This document shows, piece after piece, positions 36,583 to 45,029 of a stretch of 64,000 bases of DNA. The stretch's first letter is position 1; every line of letters begins with the position of its first letter. Under the pieces are notes generated by a model. It saw nothing but the letters and a program-made list of their open reading frames with translations. It was not told the origin of the DNA and did no database searches. A program made the position numbers and the translations under genes. Origin of the DNA: a virus. The stretch is from IMG/VR virus record IMGVR_UViG_3300050500_000054, positions 9,788 through 73,787 of that record. One strand, 5' to 3'.

Positions 36583-36777
36583 CAACAACGGAGCTACTGC
36601 TGTGATCGTGAGGCAGGCCGGGTAACGTGAAGGTGACGTTCTACCTGTATGGTGAGGTCACTGAGGAACGCTTCCAGGCTGAGGCCAAGATCGCAGAGCA
36701 TCGGCTGGAACAACTGAAGTAAGTTCTCTGGGTAGGCCACCTTAGGGTGGCCCTCCCTGGGCACTTAACGAGGTGAT

Positions 36778-37230
36778 ATGAAACGCTTGATGTGCAACAT
36801 GAAGTTTCTCATTGACAGAAAGACGTGGTTCAGGGGCAAGAGTATGGGCAGCAGGCTCATTGTGACCCAGAGCACCGTCGAGGACATGAAGGACCATGAC
36901 TCACCCCGTCAAAAGGCAACATCTGAGGACATCGGCAAGATGTGCTGCCTAGGTCAGATCCTCTGCCAGGCTGGTGTGCCGCGTGAGTATCTGGAGGATA
37001 TTGGCTCACCGGCTGCTGCTGCTGGGAAGATGATCGCTCGCGGCAAAGCTCTACCTGAGACTCTCACTAAGCTGATCAGTTTTGGTGTGGGTTACTACAC
37101 TTTCAACAATCTCAATGCTAGTAATGCAATGGCATCCAACGACAGGGTAGGCATAGATGACAGCATCCGTGAGGCTGAAATCACAAAGGACCTGTCCGAG
37201 ATCGGCATCACGGTAGAGTTCATCAACTGA
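36778..37230 (+). CDS. hypothetical protein, paralog A of the EFIN pair (KMCC[LM]G motif)
   Basis: shares DRxxW(F/I)RG...KMCCxG...AGxxRExL...(I/V)xxEFIN-stop with 39428..39790. Confidence 0.45.
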   Translation: MKRLMCNMKFLIDRKTWFRGKSMGSRLIVTQSTVEDMKDHDSPRQKATSEDIGKMCCLGQILCQAGVPREYLEDIGSPAAAAGKMIARGKALPETLTKLISFGVGYYTFNNLNASNAMASNDRVGIDDSIREAEITKDLSEIGITVEFIN

Positions 37231-37237
37231 GGTTCAC

Positions 37238-37489
37238 ATGAACATCCGTCAACTACTTCATCGCTGGTCCTCACCACACAGGCGAGTGCGTGGTGTGAAT
37301 GGCGGTATCAGTATCATCATGCAGCCTGAACCGTCCAATCGTATGGGTCCTCGCTACCGTCGGCGCTGTCAACGTCGCGCTGTGGTCAACGAGGCCAACA
37401 GTCTCAAACTGAGAACTGGATCAGGCTACTTGCCTCCAGCCTCTGGTCTTCGGCGTCCTGAGTTCTGTGCTCCTGAGGTGACGGCATGA
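37238..37489 (+). CDS. small basic protein
   Basis: 83 aa Arg-rich. Confidence 0.25.
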   Translation: MNIRQLLHRWSSPHRRVRGVNGGISIIMQPEPSNRMGPRYRRRCQRRAVVNEANSLKLRTGSGYLPPASGLRRPEFCAPEVTA

Positions 37490-37638
37490 AGGACATCATG
37501 ATTGGCACTGGGACGGGTGCCCTCATCTGGTATTTGGTTGCCATGTTGATTGGCGATCCAATGGGCGTTGCTGTGTTCAGTTCGATCTGTGCTTTCGTCA
37601 TCGGCACCACGCTGATGATGATCCTCACATACAGATGA
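37486..37638 (+). CDS. small two-TM membrane peptide
   Basis: about 50 aa MKDIMIGTGTGALIWYLVAMLIG...; hand-translated. Confidence 0.25.
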   Translation: MKDIMIGTGTGALIWYLVAMLIGDPMGVAVFSSICAFVIGTTLMMILTYR

Positions 37639-37874
37639 TCATGCACTGGCGTCATGGCACTACCGCCTCGAAGGATGTGGTCAAACAACAGCTTGAGTTG
37701 ATGGCCTCGAAGCGCCTCGGTTGTTGTGTGGTCATAACTCGGTGGGTAGGTGTGACTACACCTGTGTATCGGATCCCCAACAATACTGAGGTGTTGGAGA
37801 GAGCGAGGCTGTATGGTTTCGCTGTTGAGGTTGCTCCCGATGATGAGTTCCCGAATGATTCGTTGGGAGGCTGA
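37635..37874 (+). CDS. hypothetical protein
   Basis: 79 aa; overlapping start/stop. Confidence 0.3.
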   Translation: MIMHWRHGTTASKDVVKQQLELMASKRLGCCVVITRWVGVTTPVYRIPNNTEVLERARLYGFAVEVAPDDEFPNDSLGG

Positions 37875-38009
37875 TGTGGCATTCGAGAAGTGTTGCCGCT
37901 GTGGCGAGAAGATGGCGTTCTTGAGGGACCACATGCACAGGTGGTGGTGTTCGAGGTGTTTCATGAACGATGAGTCAATCAGGGAAAAGCTGAGGAAGGC
38001 GATTGGGCT

Positions 38010-38294
38010 ATGAACATATTCATTGAGCGTGCGAAGCGAGGTGCTGAGCTGCTGGATCGAGTAGCTCCTGGCTGGTTCAAGAAGATCGACACATCCACCT
38101 TGAACATGGGTGACTGCTGGCTCTGCGTCCTCGGTCAGGTGTATGGTGGATACGTCGAGGGGCTTTGGGAGATAGACAAACTGAATAGTGTCTACCACGG
38201 CTTCTCTCTGTTCAGCACAGACGAACCACTCTGGGATGACCTCAAGGCTGCATGGCTTCCTGAGATCACCGAGCGACAGGCAAGTAACCTCTAA
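38010..38294 (+). CDS. hypothetical protein
   Basis: 94 aa. Confidence 0.3.
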   Translation: MNIFIERAKRGAELLDRVAPGWFKKIDTSTLNMGDCWLCVLGQVYGGYVEGLWEIDKLNSVYHGFSLFSTDEPLWDDLKAAWLPEITERQASNL

Positions 38295-38305
38295 CAGGAG
38301 ACAAC

Positions 38306-39148
38306 ATGAAACTGAAGCACGCGCTGCTCATCGTCCTCGCGGTCCTCAACACTGCCTGTATCTGGCGTGTCACACCAGACGCAGGTCAGGAGGCTGTCCT
38401 CACACGCAAGCCCTGGTTCTTTGGTAGTGGAGGCGTGGCGAGCACACCTGTGGAGACTGGGAGCAAGTGGATCTTCCAGTCCACCAATGTGGACTACGTG
38501 GGCATGCAGCCTCGCACCCTGGTCACTCACTTCGATGACATGATGTCGAGGGACGGCGTGCCTCTCGACTTCAATGCTGCATTCACCTATCGCGTGAATG
38601 ACAGTGTGTGTATGGTTGAGAAGTTTGGTGTGGCTGAGTACGAGTTCACCAACGCTGGACAGAAACTCTCTTGGCCTACGTGGTTCGGGAACAACCTCTA
38701 CAAACCACTGGAGACTGCCATCAGGCAGGCTGTGAGGAAGCATGGCATGAATGAGACTGCCATCGACACCACGGCCATCACGGATATCGACGCTGAGGTC
38801 ACAGCGCAGCTTATTGCTGAGCTGAAACAGACTGGCCTCTGCATCAATCTGTTGGAGTTCACGGTCGGCAAGGCCAACCCTCCCGATAGCGTGAAGAATC
38901 AGCGCATTGAGACTGCCGCACAGCAGCAGCGTGTGGAGACTGAGAAGCAGCGCAAGTTGGCTGAGGATCAGCGCCGTATGGGTGAGCTGGCGAGGGCTGA
39001 GGCTGACAACGCCTATCGACAGAACATGAACCTCACACCTGAACAGTTCGTCACTCTCCAGGCTATTCAAACACAGCGTGAAGTCTGCCTCAAGGGTGGA
39101 TGCACATTCGTAGCGAATGGTGTGAATGCTGTAGTTGGCGTGAGGTAG
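38306..39148 (+). CDS. SPFH/band-7 (stomatin/HflK/prohibitin-like) membrane protein
   Basis: N-terminal signal/anchor with Cys (LAVLNTAC); SPFH-like core ('TRKPWFFGSGG...DGVPLDFNAAFTYRV'); Gln/Arg/Glu-rich coiled-coil C-terminus. Confidence 0.5.
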   Translation: MKLKHALLIVLAVLNTACIWRVTPDAGQEAVLTRKPWFFGSGGVASTPVETGSKWIFQSTNVDYVGMQPRTLVTHFDDMMSRDGVPLDFNAAFTYRVNDSVCMVEKFGVAEYEFTNAGQKLSWPTWFGNNLYKPLETAIRQAVRKHGMNETAIDTTAITDIDAEVTAQLIAELKQTGLCINLLEFTVGKANPPDSVKNQRIETAAQQQRVETEKQRKLAEDQRRMGELARAEADNAYRQNMNLTPEQFVTLQAIQTQREVCLKGGCTFVANGVNAVVGVR

Positions 39149-39427
39149 GGATCGGATGGAGGTGAGTCATGTAACCCCTTTACATGCCTCGCAATAGGGT
39201 GTGTAGCCCTGTAGGTAGGTCACTGGTGCTGGGAGCACTAGTGATCCTCCTAGAGTGCTTCAACTGAACGGTAACAGGGGCTTGGACCACAATCAACTGA
39301 GCTGAGCTGGTGAGGCACTCTACAGGCGTATACAGACGGCGTAGGGACTATCTGTAGCTGTGCTCAATGCAGTTGTCCTATATCATGAGTAAAAGGACTG
39401 GCCTACGCAATTTTCTGAGGTGTTGTA

Positions 39428-39790
39428 ATGCTTAAGGTCATTGTTGATCGGCTGAAGTGGATCAGGGGTGAGGGTGTAAAAGCGTCGTTCCTCCTGAGGC
39501 CCGGTGATTACAAGATGTGCTGCATGGGATTTGCCTGTGAGGCTGCTGGTATTAGTAGAGAGAATCTCCTGAACAAAAAGGTTGTGACCGATGTAATTGA
39601 CGCGAGATGCGAAATCTCACACCCATTGCACGGGTTCTGCTCTCACTTAATGGTTGATGCCTTCGACAACACGGTTGCTGGTATTATTTACATGATCAAC
39701 GACAACGAGGCATTGACAGACTCCAAGCGTGAGTCCAGACTGATTGAGCTTGGTCGGATGGTAGACATCGACTTTGAGTTCATCAACTGA
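39428..39790 (+). CDS. hypothetical protein, paralog B of the EFIN pair
   Basis: 'DRLKWIRGEG...YKMCCMGFACEAAGISRENL...IDFEFIN'. Confidence 0.45.
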   Translation: MLKVIVDRLKWIRGEGVKASFLLRPGDYKMCCMGFACEAAGISRENLLNKKVVTDVIDARCEISHPLHGFCSHLMVDAFDNTVAGIIYMINDNEALTDSKRESRLIELGRMVDIDFEFIN

Positions 39791-40065
39791 TGCCCAAGGT
39801 CCTCAACATGCGTAACCTCAAAGGTCCTCCTGACTTGCAGGGGATCTATGTAGGTAGGCCCTCAGAGTGGGGCAACCCATTCTCGATTGGTAAGAATGGG
39901 ACGAGGGAAGAGGTCATGCAGCTGTTCAGGACATGGGTCATGCTAGATGCACAGACCCGCCTGAGGGAGAAGGCACGCACTCAACTACGAGGTAAGAACC
40001 TCATCTGCTGGTGCTGGCCTGCCGATTGCCATGCTGCTGTGTGGTTGGAGATAGCCAACTCATGA
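39790..40065 (+). CDS. DUF4326-family protein
   Basis: 'IYVGRPSEWGNPF...LICWCWPADCHA' pattern typical of DUF4326. Confidence 0.5.
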   Translation: MPKVLNMRNLKGPPDLQGIYVGRPSEWGNPFSIGKNGTREEVMQLFRTWVMLDAQTRLREKARTQLRGKNLICWCWPADCHAAVWLEIANS

Positions 40066-40204
40066 AAACAATCCTCATGCTCCACTTCGGCCCTCACGTT
40101 AATTGCATATTAGTGGGCAGTTGGAAGAAGGTGTTTGAACTGCTGAGGGCACTGGACACGCTGCAACGTGCAACGTCTGTCCGTGTGAGGTGGGGAGCTG
40201 AGAT

Positions 40205-40654
40205 ATGATTGAGGTAAAGGGCAACCTGTGGACCTACAGCCCTGTTGATGTTCGTATCATCACTACCAATGGCTTTGTCAAGAAGAATGGCGAGGCTGTG
40301 ATGGGCAGGGGGTGTGCGCTTGAGGCAAAGCAACTATTCCCTGAGATAGCTAAGACACTAGGTGATCACATCACCAAGCAAGGTAACATCCCTGCCATCC
40401 TCATGACTGTCGAGGGTGAGTTTGAAACTTATCAGCTTGTATCTATGCCAGTGAAGCACACTTGGCATGAGGCTGCTGATCCACTGTTGATTGAAACCAG
40501 TGCGAAGATTCTCCGAGCATGGGCTGATTTGAATGACTGGGACACGATTGTGCTCCCTCGCCCAGGCTGTGGAAACGGTCAACTGCGGTGGGAGGACGTG
40601 AGGCCCGTGCTGGAACCCATCCTCGATGACAGGTTCCATGTGATTAGCTTTTGA
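40205..40654 (+). CDS. macro-domain protein (ADP-ribose binding/processing)
   Basis: 'VDVRIITTNGFVKKNGEAVMGRGCALEA' resembles the macro 'DAIVNAANxxLxGGGGVxxAIxxAAG' loop; C-terminal 'IVLPRPGCGNGQL' resembles 'IAFPxISTGxYG'. Confidence 0.45.
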   Translation: MIEVKGNLWTYSPVDVRIITTNGFVKKNGEAVMGRGCALEAKQLFPEIAKTLGDHITKQGNIPAILMTVEGEFETYQLVSMPVKHTWHEAADPLLIETSAKILRAWADLNDWDTIVLPRPGCGNGQLRWEDVRPVLEPILDDRFHVISF

Positions 40655-40774
40655 AAGCGGAGGACCAGGGTAGACAACCCTGATCCCCCAACCCTCACAG
40701 AATGCGAATCACTTGTTCGATGACTGCTTCTGTGAGAGGTGTTCCGTCTACTGGTCGTTACAAGCTGATCCCGG

Positions 40775-41086
40775 TTGAGGAGCGTCGAAATGAAAGACAA
40801 CGGTAAAGTCATCTTCAGTTCGCTCAGTGGCAAGTCTGATGAGGAGGTTGCAGAGAACTCTCCTGTCAAGGATTATGACAAGATCCGAGAAGGAATGATG
40901 GCCTGCCTGATTGTCCTCAATGGTTTTAGTGGTGAGGAGCAGATATCTGTCATGAACTCACTGCTGGGGATGATGACGTTGCAGGTTCCGTTCGGTCCAG
41001 AGAGGGACAAGCTGTTCGCTGCGCTGAGAAATGGCTGTGACAAGCTACTCCTCTCTGAGACTCAGCCGAGTGGGAAGGTGTCATGA
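40775..41086 (+). CDS. hypothetical protein
   Basis: 103 aa. Confidence 0.3.
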   Translation: MRSVEMKDNGKVIFSSLSGKSDEEVAENSPVKDYDKIREGMMACLIVLNGFSGEEQISVMNSLLGMMTLQVPFGPERDKLFAALRNGCDKLLLSETQPSGKVS

Positions 41087-41292
41087 TCGGCCATCTAAGG
41101 CGAGCACAGATAGAGGGCAAGCGTGAAATGCTCATTGATGAGTGTGATCAGTTCATGATAGACCAGAAGAAGCGCATCCTTGGTGAACTCTACGGAGGGC
41201 TGAAAGACACGCGGTTCTACGAAGATGTTGGCCTCGACGTGGACATGAGCTACAAGGAACGCACTGAACTGAATATGGAGGTGAGGCGATGA
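41083..41292 (+). CDS. hypothetical protein
   Basis: 69 aa, ATGA-coupled. Confidence 0.3.
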   Translation: MIGHLRRAQIEGKREMLIDECDQFMIDQKKRILGELYGGLKDTRFYEDVGLDVDMSYKERTELNMEVRR

Positions 41293-41421
41293 AGCTGGTT
41301 CCATTCGTCATTGGTGCTGTCCTATGCTTCATTCATGGCGTCCTCTTCAGCCTCGCTGGCATGGATCCCGTGTTCACTATTCTGAACATAGTAATCCTCG
41401 GTCCTGCCAGTATCTTGCTGT

Positions 41422-41634
41422 ATGAGGGACTCAGTGCCTAACAGTGCAAAGCACTTCCCACTTGGGAACAGACAGGGCAGTGCCCTCCACATCTTCAGGT
41501 GCGTCTACTGCAAGATCCGCATCAACGACCGCATGAAGATTGCTGCACATGAGGCACAGTGCAGTATGAGGGATGCTGTTAAGGCCATGTGGCAACACAG
41601 CATCAACAAGTCGATGAGGAACATCAATGCCTGA
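41422..41634 (+). CDS. small Cys/His protein
   Basis: 70 aa. Confidence 0.25.
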   Translation: MRDSVPNSAKHFPLGNRQGSALHIFRCVYCKIRINDRMKIAAHEAQCSMRDAVKAMWQHSINKSMRNINA

Positions 41635-41836
41635 CCATGCGTATATTGATAACGAGTATGAGGATATCGACATTCCAGTCCTCGACTATCGCATTCGACG
41701 CTCACCCTATACGGGTAACTGGTGGGTAGAGACAGCTGAGAGGAAGCTCCTCATGTTTGTTCCAGATGAGAAGGCTGCTCACGAATACATTGCTGTGCTG
41801 GCTGCGAAGAGGAAGCGAGAGACTGCGAATCAGTAG
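41627..41836 (+). CDS. hypothetical protein
   Basis: 69 aa. Confidence 0.3.
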   Translation: MPDHAYIDNEYEDIDIPVLDYRIRRSPYTGNWWVETAERKLLMFVPDEKAAHEYIAVLAAKRKRETANQ

Positions 41837-41869
41837 GTCGAGGCAGGGACACCTGGGTGGTGCCTCTTC

Positions 41870-42187
41870 TTGGACCTAATGGTCCGCGATCGGTCGGTCT
41901 GTTCACATCTATGGGACTTCGCTGCATGTTGGCCTCAGGGTCCGGCCGGACCTGTAATAGCCACTTGTGGGATGTATCCCATAGCCCTGGGCAGCCGACC
42001 TGTTTTGTTCAACTATGGAGGCTTAGGTATGAAGACGTTCCTCGGACTCTGCACTGCTACGGTGGGACTTGTGATTCTGACACACCCGACAGACTTCAGT
42101 AGTGGACCTGCCCTCATGGTTGCTTTCCTGGGAGGCATCGGCCTCTTCGCTGCTGGTGTTTCTAACGTCCTGGAGGAATGGATTTGA
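41870..42187 (+). CDS. small membrane protein
   Basis: C-terminal two hydrophobic helices; probable real start MKTFLGLC at about 42027. Confidence 0.3.
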   Translation: MDLMVRDRSVCSHLWDFAACWPQGPAGPVIATCGMYPIALGSRPVLFNYGGLGMKTFLGLCTATVGLVILTHPTDFSSGPALMVAFLGGIGLFAAGVSNVLEEWI

Positions 42188-42411
42188 CATCACAAGAACG
42201 TGACCTCGCCCTCATGTGGCTCCACTTGGTAATGCTCGAAGGTGGAGTGCAGATCAACAGCGAGAAGGTTCCAGTGGAGGAAGTGCAGAAGGCCGTTGAG
42301 TCAATCAAACCAGAGGATCCTCCACTCATTATCGAAACAACAGCTGTTCCACCTCCTATGGCTGTGGATCAAGCTGATGGCGTGGCTGAGGAGATTTGCG
42401 GCGCGGAGTAG
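42178..42411 (+). CDS. hypothetical acidic protein
   Basis: 77 aa. Confidence 0.3.
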   Translation: MDLTSQERDLALMWLHLVMLEGGVQINSEKVPVEEVQKAVESIKPEDPPLIIETTAVPPPMAVDQADGVAEEICGAE

Positions 42412-42426
42412 TTAGCGAAGTTGCTA

Positions 42427-42499
42427 GGACAGGTAGCTCAGCGGTAGAGCGCCCAGCTTGAGAGCTGGGAGGTCGGTGGTCCGAATCCACCCTAGTCCT
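42427..42499 (+). tRNA. isolated plus-strand tRNA-like gene with an 8-nt anticodon loop (CUUGAGAG) and an A-A acceptor mismatch
   Basis: canonical D-arm TA-GCTC-AGCGGTA-GAGC, fully paired anticodon stem CCCAG/CTGGG enclosing 8 nt, T-arm GGTGG-TCCGAAT-CCACC, acceptor GGACAGG/CTAGTCC. Confidence 0.4.
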
Positions 42500-42619
42500 A
42501 GCAACAATGTTGGGGGGCAGCTTAACATTCCCAGCGAGGCACTGCACACCTCACAGTGTAGTAGCGGTCGTAGTGTGGAGTTGCCTCCCAACGCCATTTC
42601 CCAATTCGGAGAGGTTAGC

Positions 42620-42916
42620 ATGACTGATGGCGCACGTCGCATTATCAAGAGGGCTGCCGCGATCATCCGTAGACGAGGGTGGTGCAAGAACGTCCTATCG
42701 CGTAATGGCAGGGTCTGTGCTCAGTATGCACTGGGAATTGCTCGTTCAGAGCTTAAGGTGTATTTTGGGGCACATGAAGATGCCATTAACGCTGTTTTAA
42801 GAGGCCTCGACCACAGATATTCCTTCGTGTCACAGTGGAATGATGACCCTGAAACCAAACGTTCTGATGTCCTCCGTCTCCTCGATCGCCTAGGGAGGAA
42901 GAAGCGTGCGTCATAA
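42620..42916 (+). CDS. hypothetical protein (start revised downstream of the tRNA-like gene)
   Basis: ORF 42458..42916 overlaps the tRNA; Met MTDGARRIIK at 42620 follows SD-like GGAGAGG. Confidence 0.35.
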   Translation: MTDGARRIIKRAAAIIRRRGWCKNVLSRNGRVCAQYALGIARSELKVYFGAHEDAINAVLRGLDHRYSFVSQWNDDPETKRSDVLRLLDRLGRKKRAS

Positions 42917-43063
42917 CGGTTACGTTCCTCTCAAGTGCAGGATGTCCTGGTTCGACAGCGAAGGTGCTGAACACTCAATGGGCGTCCTCAATGCGACTGA
43001 GGCACTCAGATGGGCTACCATCCTCAACATCAGCAAGTTCACGGTCAGCGACAGGGTGATGTG

Positions 43064-43240
43064 ATGTTCGACAGAGACGAATTCGTGAAGGATGTCAACG
43101 ATTACCTCGAGGACAACTACGGTGAGGATCCCCTCGAGAAACACGAGGAAGAAGAAGCTGTAGAGTCAGCTCTAGAATCTGGCAACTACAGCATCAAGGA
43201 CATCGCTGAGCACATCCTCGACATCCGGTGGGAGATATGA
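43064..43240 (+). CDS. small acidic protein
   Basis: MFDRDEFVKDVNDYLEDNYGEDPLEKHEEEE...; internal Met of ORF 43010..43240. Confidence 0.3.
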   Translation: MFDRDEFVKDVNDYLEDNYGEDPLEKHEEEEAVESALESGNYSIKDIAEHILDIRWEI

Positions 43241-44220
43241 GAGACACAGTGCCTTCGATGCTCATTCTCAGTGGCCTCCCTGCTAGTGGCAAATCGACCT
43301 ATGCCAAGAAGTGGGTGGCTGAGGAGCCAGGCGGTCGCTATCGCCTGAACTATGACGACCTCCGTCGAGAGATGTATGGCCCAGAGTTTGTGTGGAACCG
43401 TCTCCAGGAGGATCTCATGAAGGTCGAAGCAGTCAAGAGGGTGACTGCTGCGATAAACCTCGGGCATGATGTTGTGATTGACAATTGCAACCTCACCCCG
43501 AGGGTTCGAGATCACTGGCGCAACATTGCCAACAACCTCAGCGTCACCAATGTTGAGGAGCATGAACTGGACGTGCCTGTCAGAGAGTGTGTTCAGCGTG
43601 ACGAGCTGAGAGGTGACAACCGTGTGGGGAGAGCTGTCATTGAGAGGATGGCACTGTTCAATGGGCACATTGACTGGAAGGATCCAGAACAGTATGCCCA
43701 GAACATCAAGTTCGTAGTCGTGGATATGGATGGCACCCTCGCCAGCTGTCAGCATCGGGTGAAGTATCTCGATAAGAACTGGTGCCTCGCATGTGACCGT
43801 GCGAGTGAGCCAAAGTTCATGTCAGACAAGTGTGCTTGGTGTGGGACTGGCAACCTCAGGGGGAAGAAAGACTACCGTGGGTTCTTCGCTGGAGTAGCAC
43901 AGGATCCTCCAATCCCGGAGATTGTGGATCTGGTCCGCCTCCTAAGCATGGAGCACTACATCCTCATCGTCAGCGGTCGTCCCACTAGCGATGCGGGTAT
44001 CAGCACTGAGGAGTGGCTGAAGACAAACAACATCTCTTACAAGCACCTCTTCATGCGTAACGGTGGGGATCATCGTGATGATTTCATCGTCAAGCAGGAG
44101 ATTTGCGACCTCCTCCCAAAGGATCGAATCGCGTTTGTCCTCGACGATAGGGATCAAGTTGTGAAGATGTGGAGGGACAATGGAATCAAGTGCTTGCAGG
44201 TGGCTGATGGAAACTTCTAA
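43228..44220 (+). CDS. pnk: polynucleotide 5'-kinase/3'-phosphatase (T4 Pnk-like bifunctional)
   Basis: N-terminal P-loop 'ILSGLPASGKST'; C-terminal HAD phosphatase motif I 'VVVDMDGTLA' and later 'LDDRD'. Confidence 0.7.
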   Translation: MGDMRDTVPSMLILSGLPASGKSTYAKKWVAEEPGGRYRLNYDDLRREMYGPEFVWNRLQEDLMKVEAVKRVTAAINLGHDVVIDNCNLTPRVRDHWRNIANNLSVTNVEEHELDVPVRECVQRDELRGDNRVGRAVIERMALFNGHIDWKDPEQYAQNIKFVVVDMDGTLASCQHRVKYLDKNWCLACDRASEPKFMSDKCAWCGTGNLRGKKDYRGFFAGVAQDPPIPEIVDLVRLLSMEHYILIVSGRPTSDAGISTEEWLKTNNISYKHLFMRNGGDHRDDFIVKQEICDLLPKDRIAFVLDDRDQVVKMWRDNGIKCLQVADGNF

Positions 44221-44282
44221 GCCTGGCTCGTCCCGCTCCGCGTGGGAAGAGATCCGCGCCCTAATCTACAAGTGGCGAACGA

Positions 44283-44590
44283 TGGCGCTCAACCAGGCGT
44301 CATGGCACACCCCGCTGGGCCGTGGGTACGAGATATGCGCTGACGATCTCGACGCGCTCCTGGCGCGGCACACGCCGGAGGAGATGCCGGAAAGTCTGTG
44401 GGGACCCAATGGCAGGAATGCGATGACCGCCGTGGATTATGCCGAGGGGGATCCCATCCGCTGCATCTGCGGCCACCCAGGCGACACCCCAAGCTGCCCT
44501 GTTGACCACGATCAGATTCAACACGAGCGGGACAAGGGCGATCCGCCCGCCGTCCCAGTGGAGACAAGTGAACCGTATCAGCCACGGTAG
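44283..44590 (+). CDS. hypothetical protein inside GC-rich insert
   Basis: about 102 aa, GC-rich codon usage unlike neighbours; internal Met of ORF 44180..44590. Confidence 0.3.
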
Positions 44591-45017
44591 GAGGACTAAA
44601 GTATTCGTAAAGGTCCTCCACCAAGATCCATGCTGCTACTGTGGTAGCACATCAGGAACCATAGACCATATCGTGCCTCTGCATCCGAGGCGTAAGATTC
44701 AGTGGCAACCCGAGCAACGTCGAAGCTGGCCTAACCTGACTGCTGCTTGTATTCCTTGTAACAAGGCTAAGGGCAATCGTGAATTGGTAGAGTTCCTCGT
44801 TCGACAACGACGACAAGAGGTAAAGAAGGAAATCCATGAGCAAAGTATTAACCCTCAAGCGAACCGTTACCCAGAAAGAATGCCCGTGGCTCGATGCGGA
44901 CCTCCCAGCAGGGGCACAGGTGTGGTCATACGAAGGCTGCACATATGGCTGCACATCTCCAAGTGGTGTCGCCGTCTCCGCGAAAGCTGCGGAGGCACCT
45001 TTCTTCGAGCTTCCTAA
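44580..45017 (+). CDS. HNH endonuclease (start codon uncertain)
   Basis: 'CCYCGSTSGTIDHIVPL...NLTAACIPCNKAKGN' HNH motif; upstream GGTAGGAGGA SD-like but no ATG in frame nearby. Confidence 0.5.
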   Translation, partial: SHGRRTKVFVKVLHQDPCCYCGSTSGTIDHIVPLHPRRKIQWQPEQRRSWPNLTAACIPCNKAKGNRELVEFLVRQRRQEVKKEIHEQSINPQANRYPERMPVARCGPPSRGTGVVIRRLHIWLHISKWCRRLRESCGGTFLRAS

Positions 45018-45029
45018 GGATGCAGTCGA

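Noticed and set aside
42424-42504. tRNA-derived attP core, implying a temperate phage
   Set aside because: No integrase, excisionase or repressor/cro pair is visible in this window, and the tRNA-like element has a complete cloverleaf rather than only a 3' fragment. This is kept only as a remote alternative.
42458-42619. N-terminal 54 codons of ORF 42458..42916
   Set aside because: This part overlaps the tRNA-like gene. An internal Met with an SD-like sequence at 42620 gives a cleaner gene.
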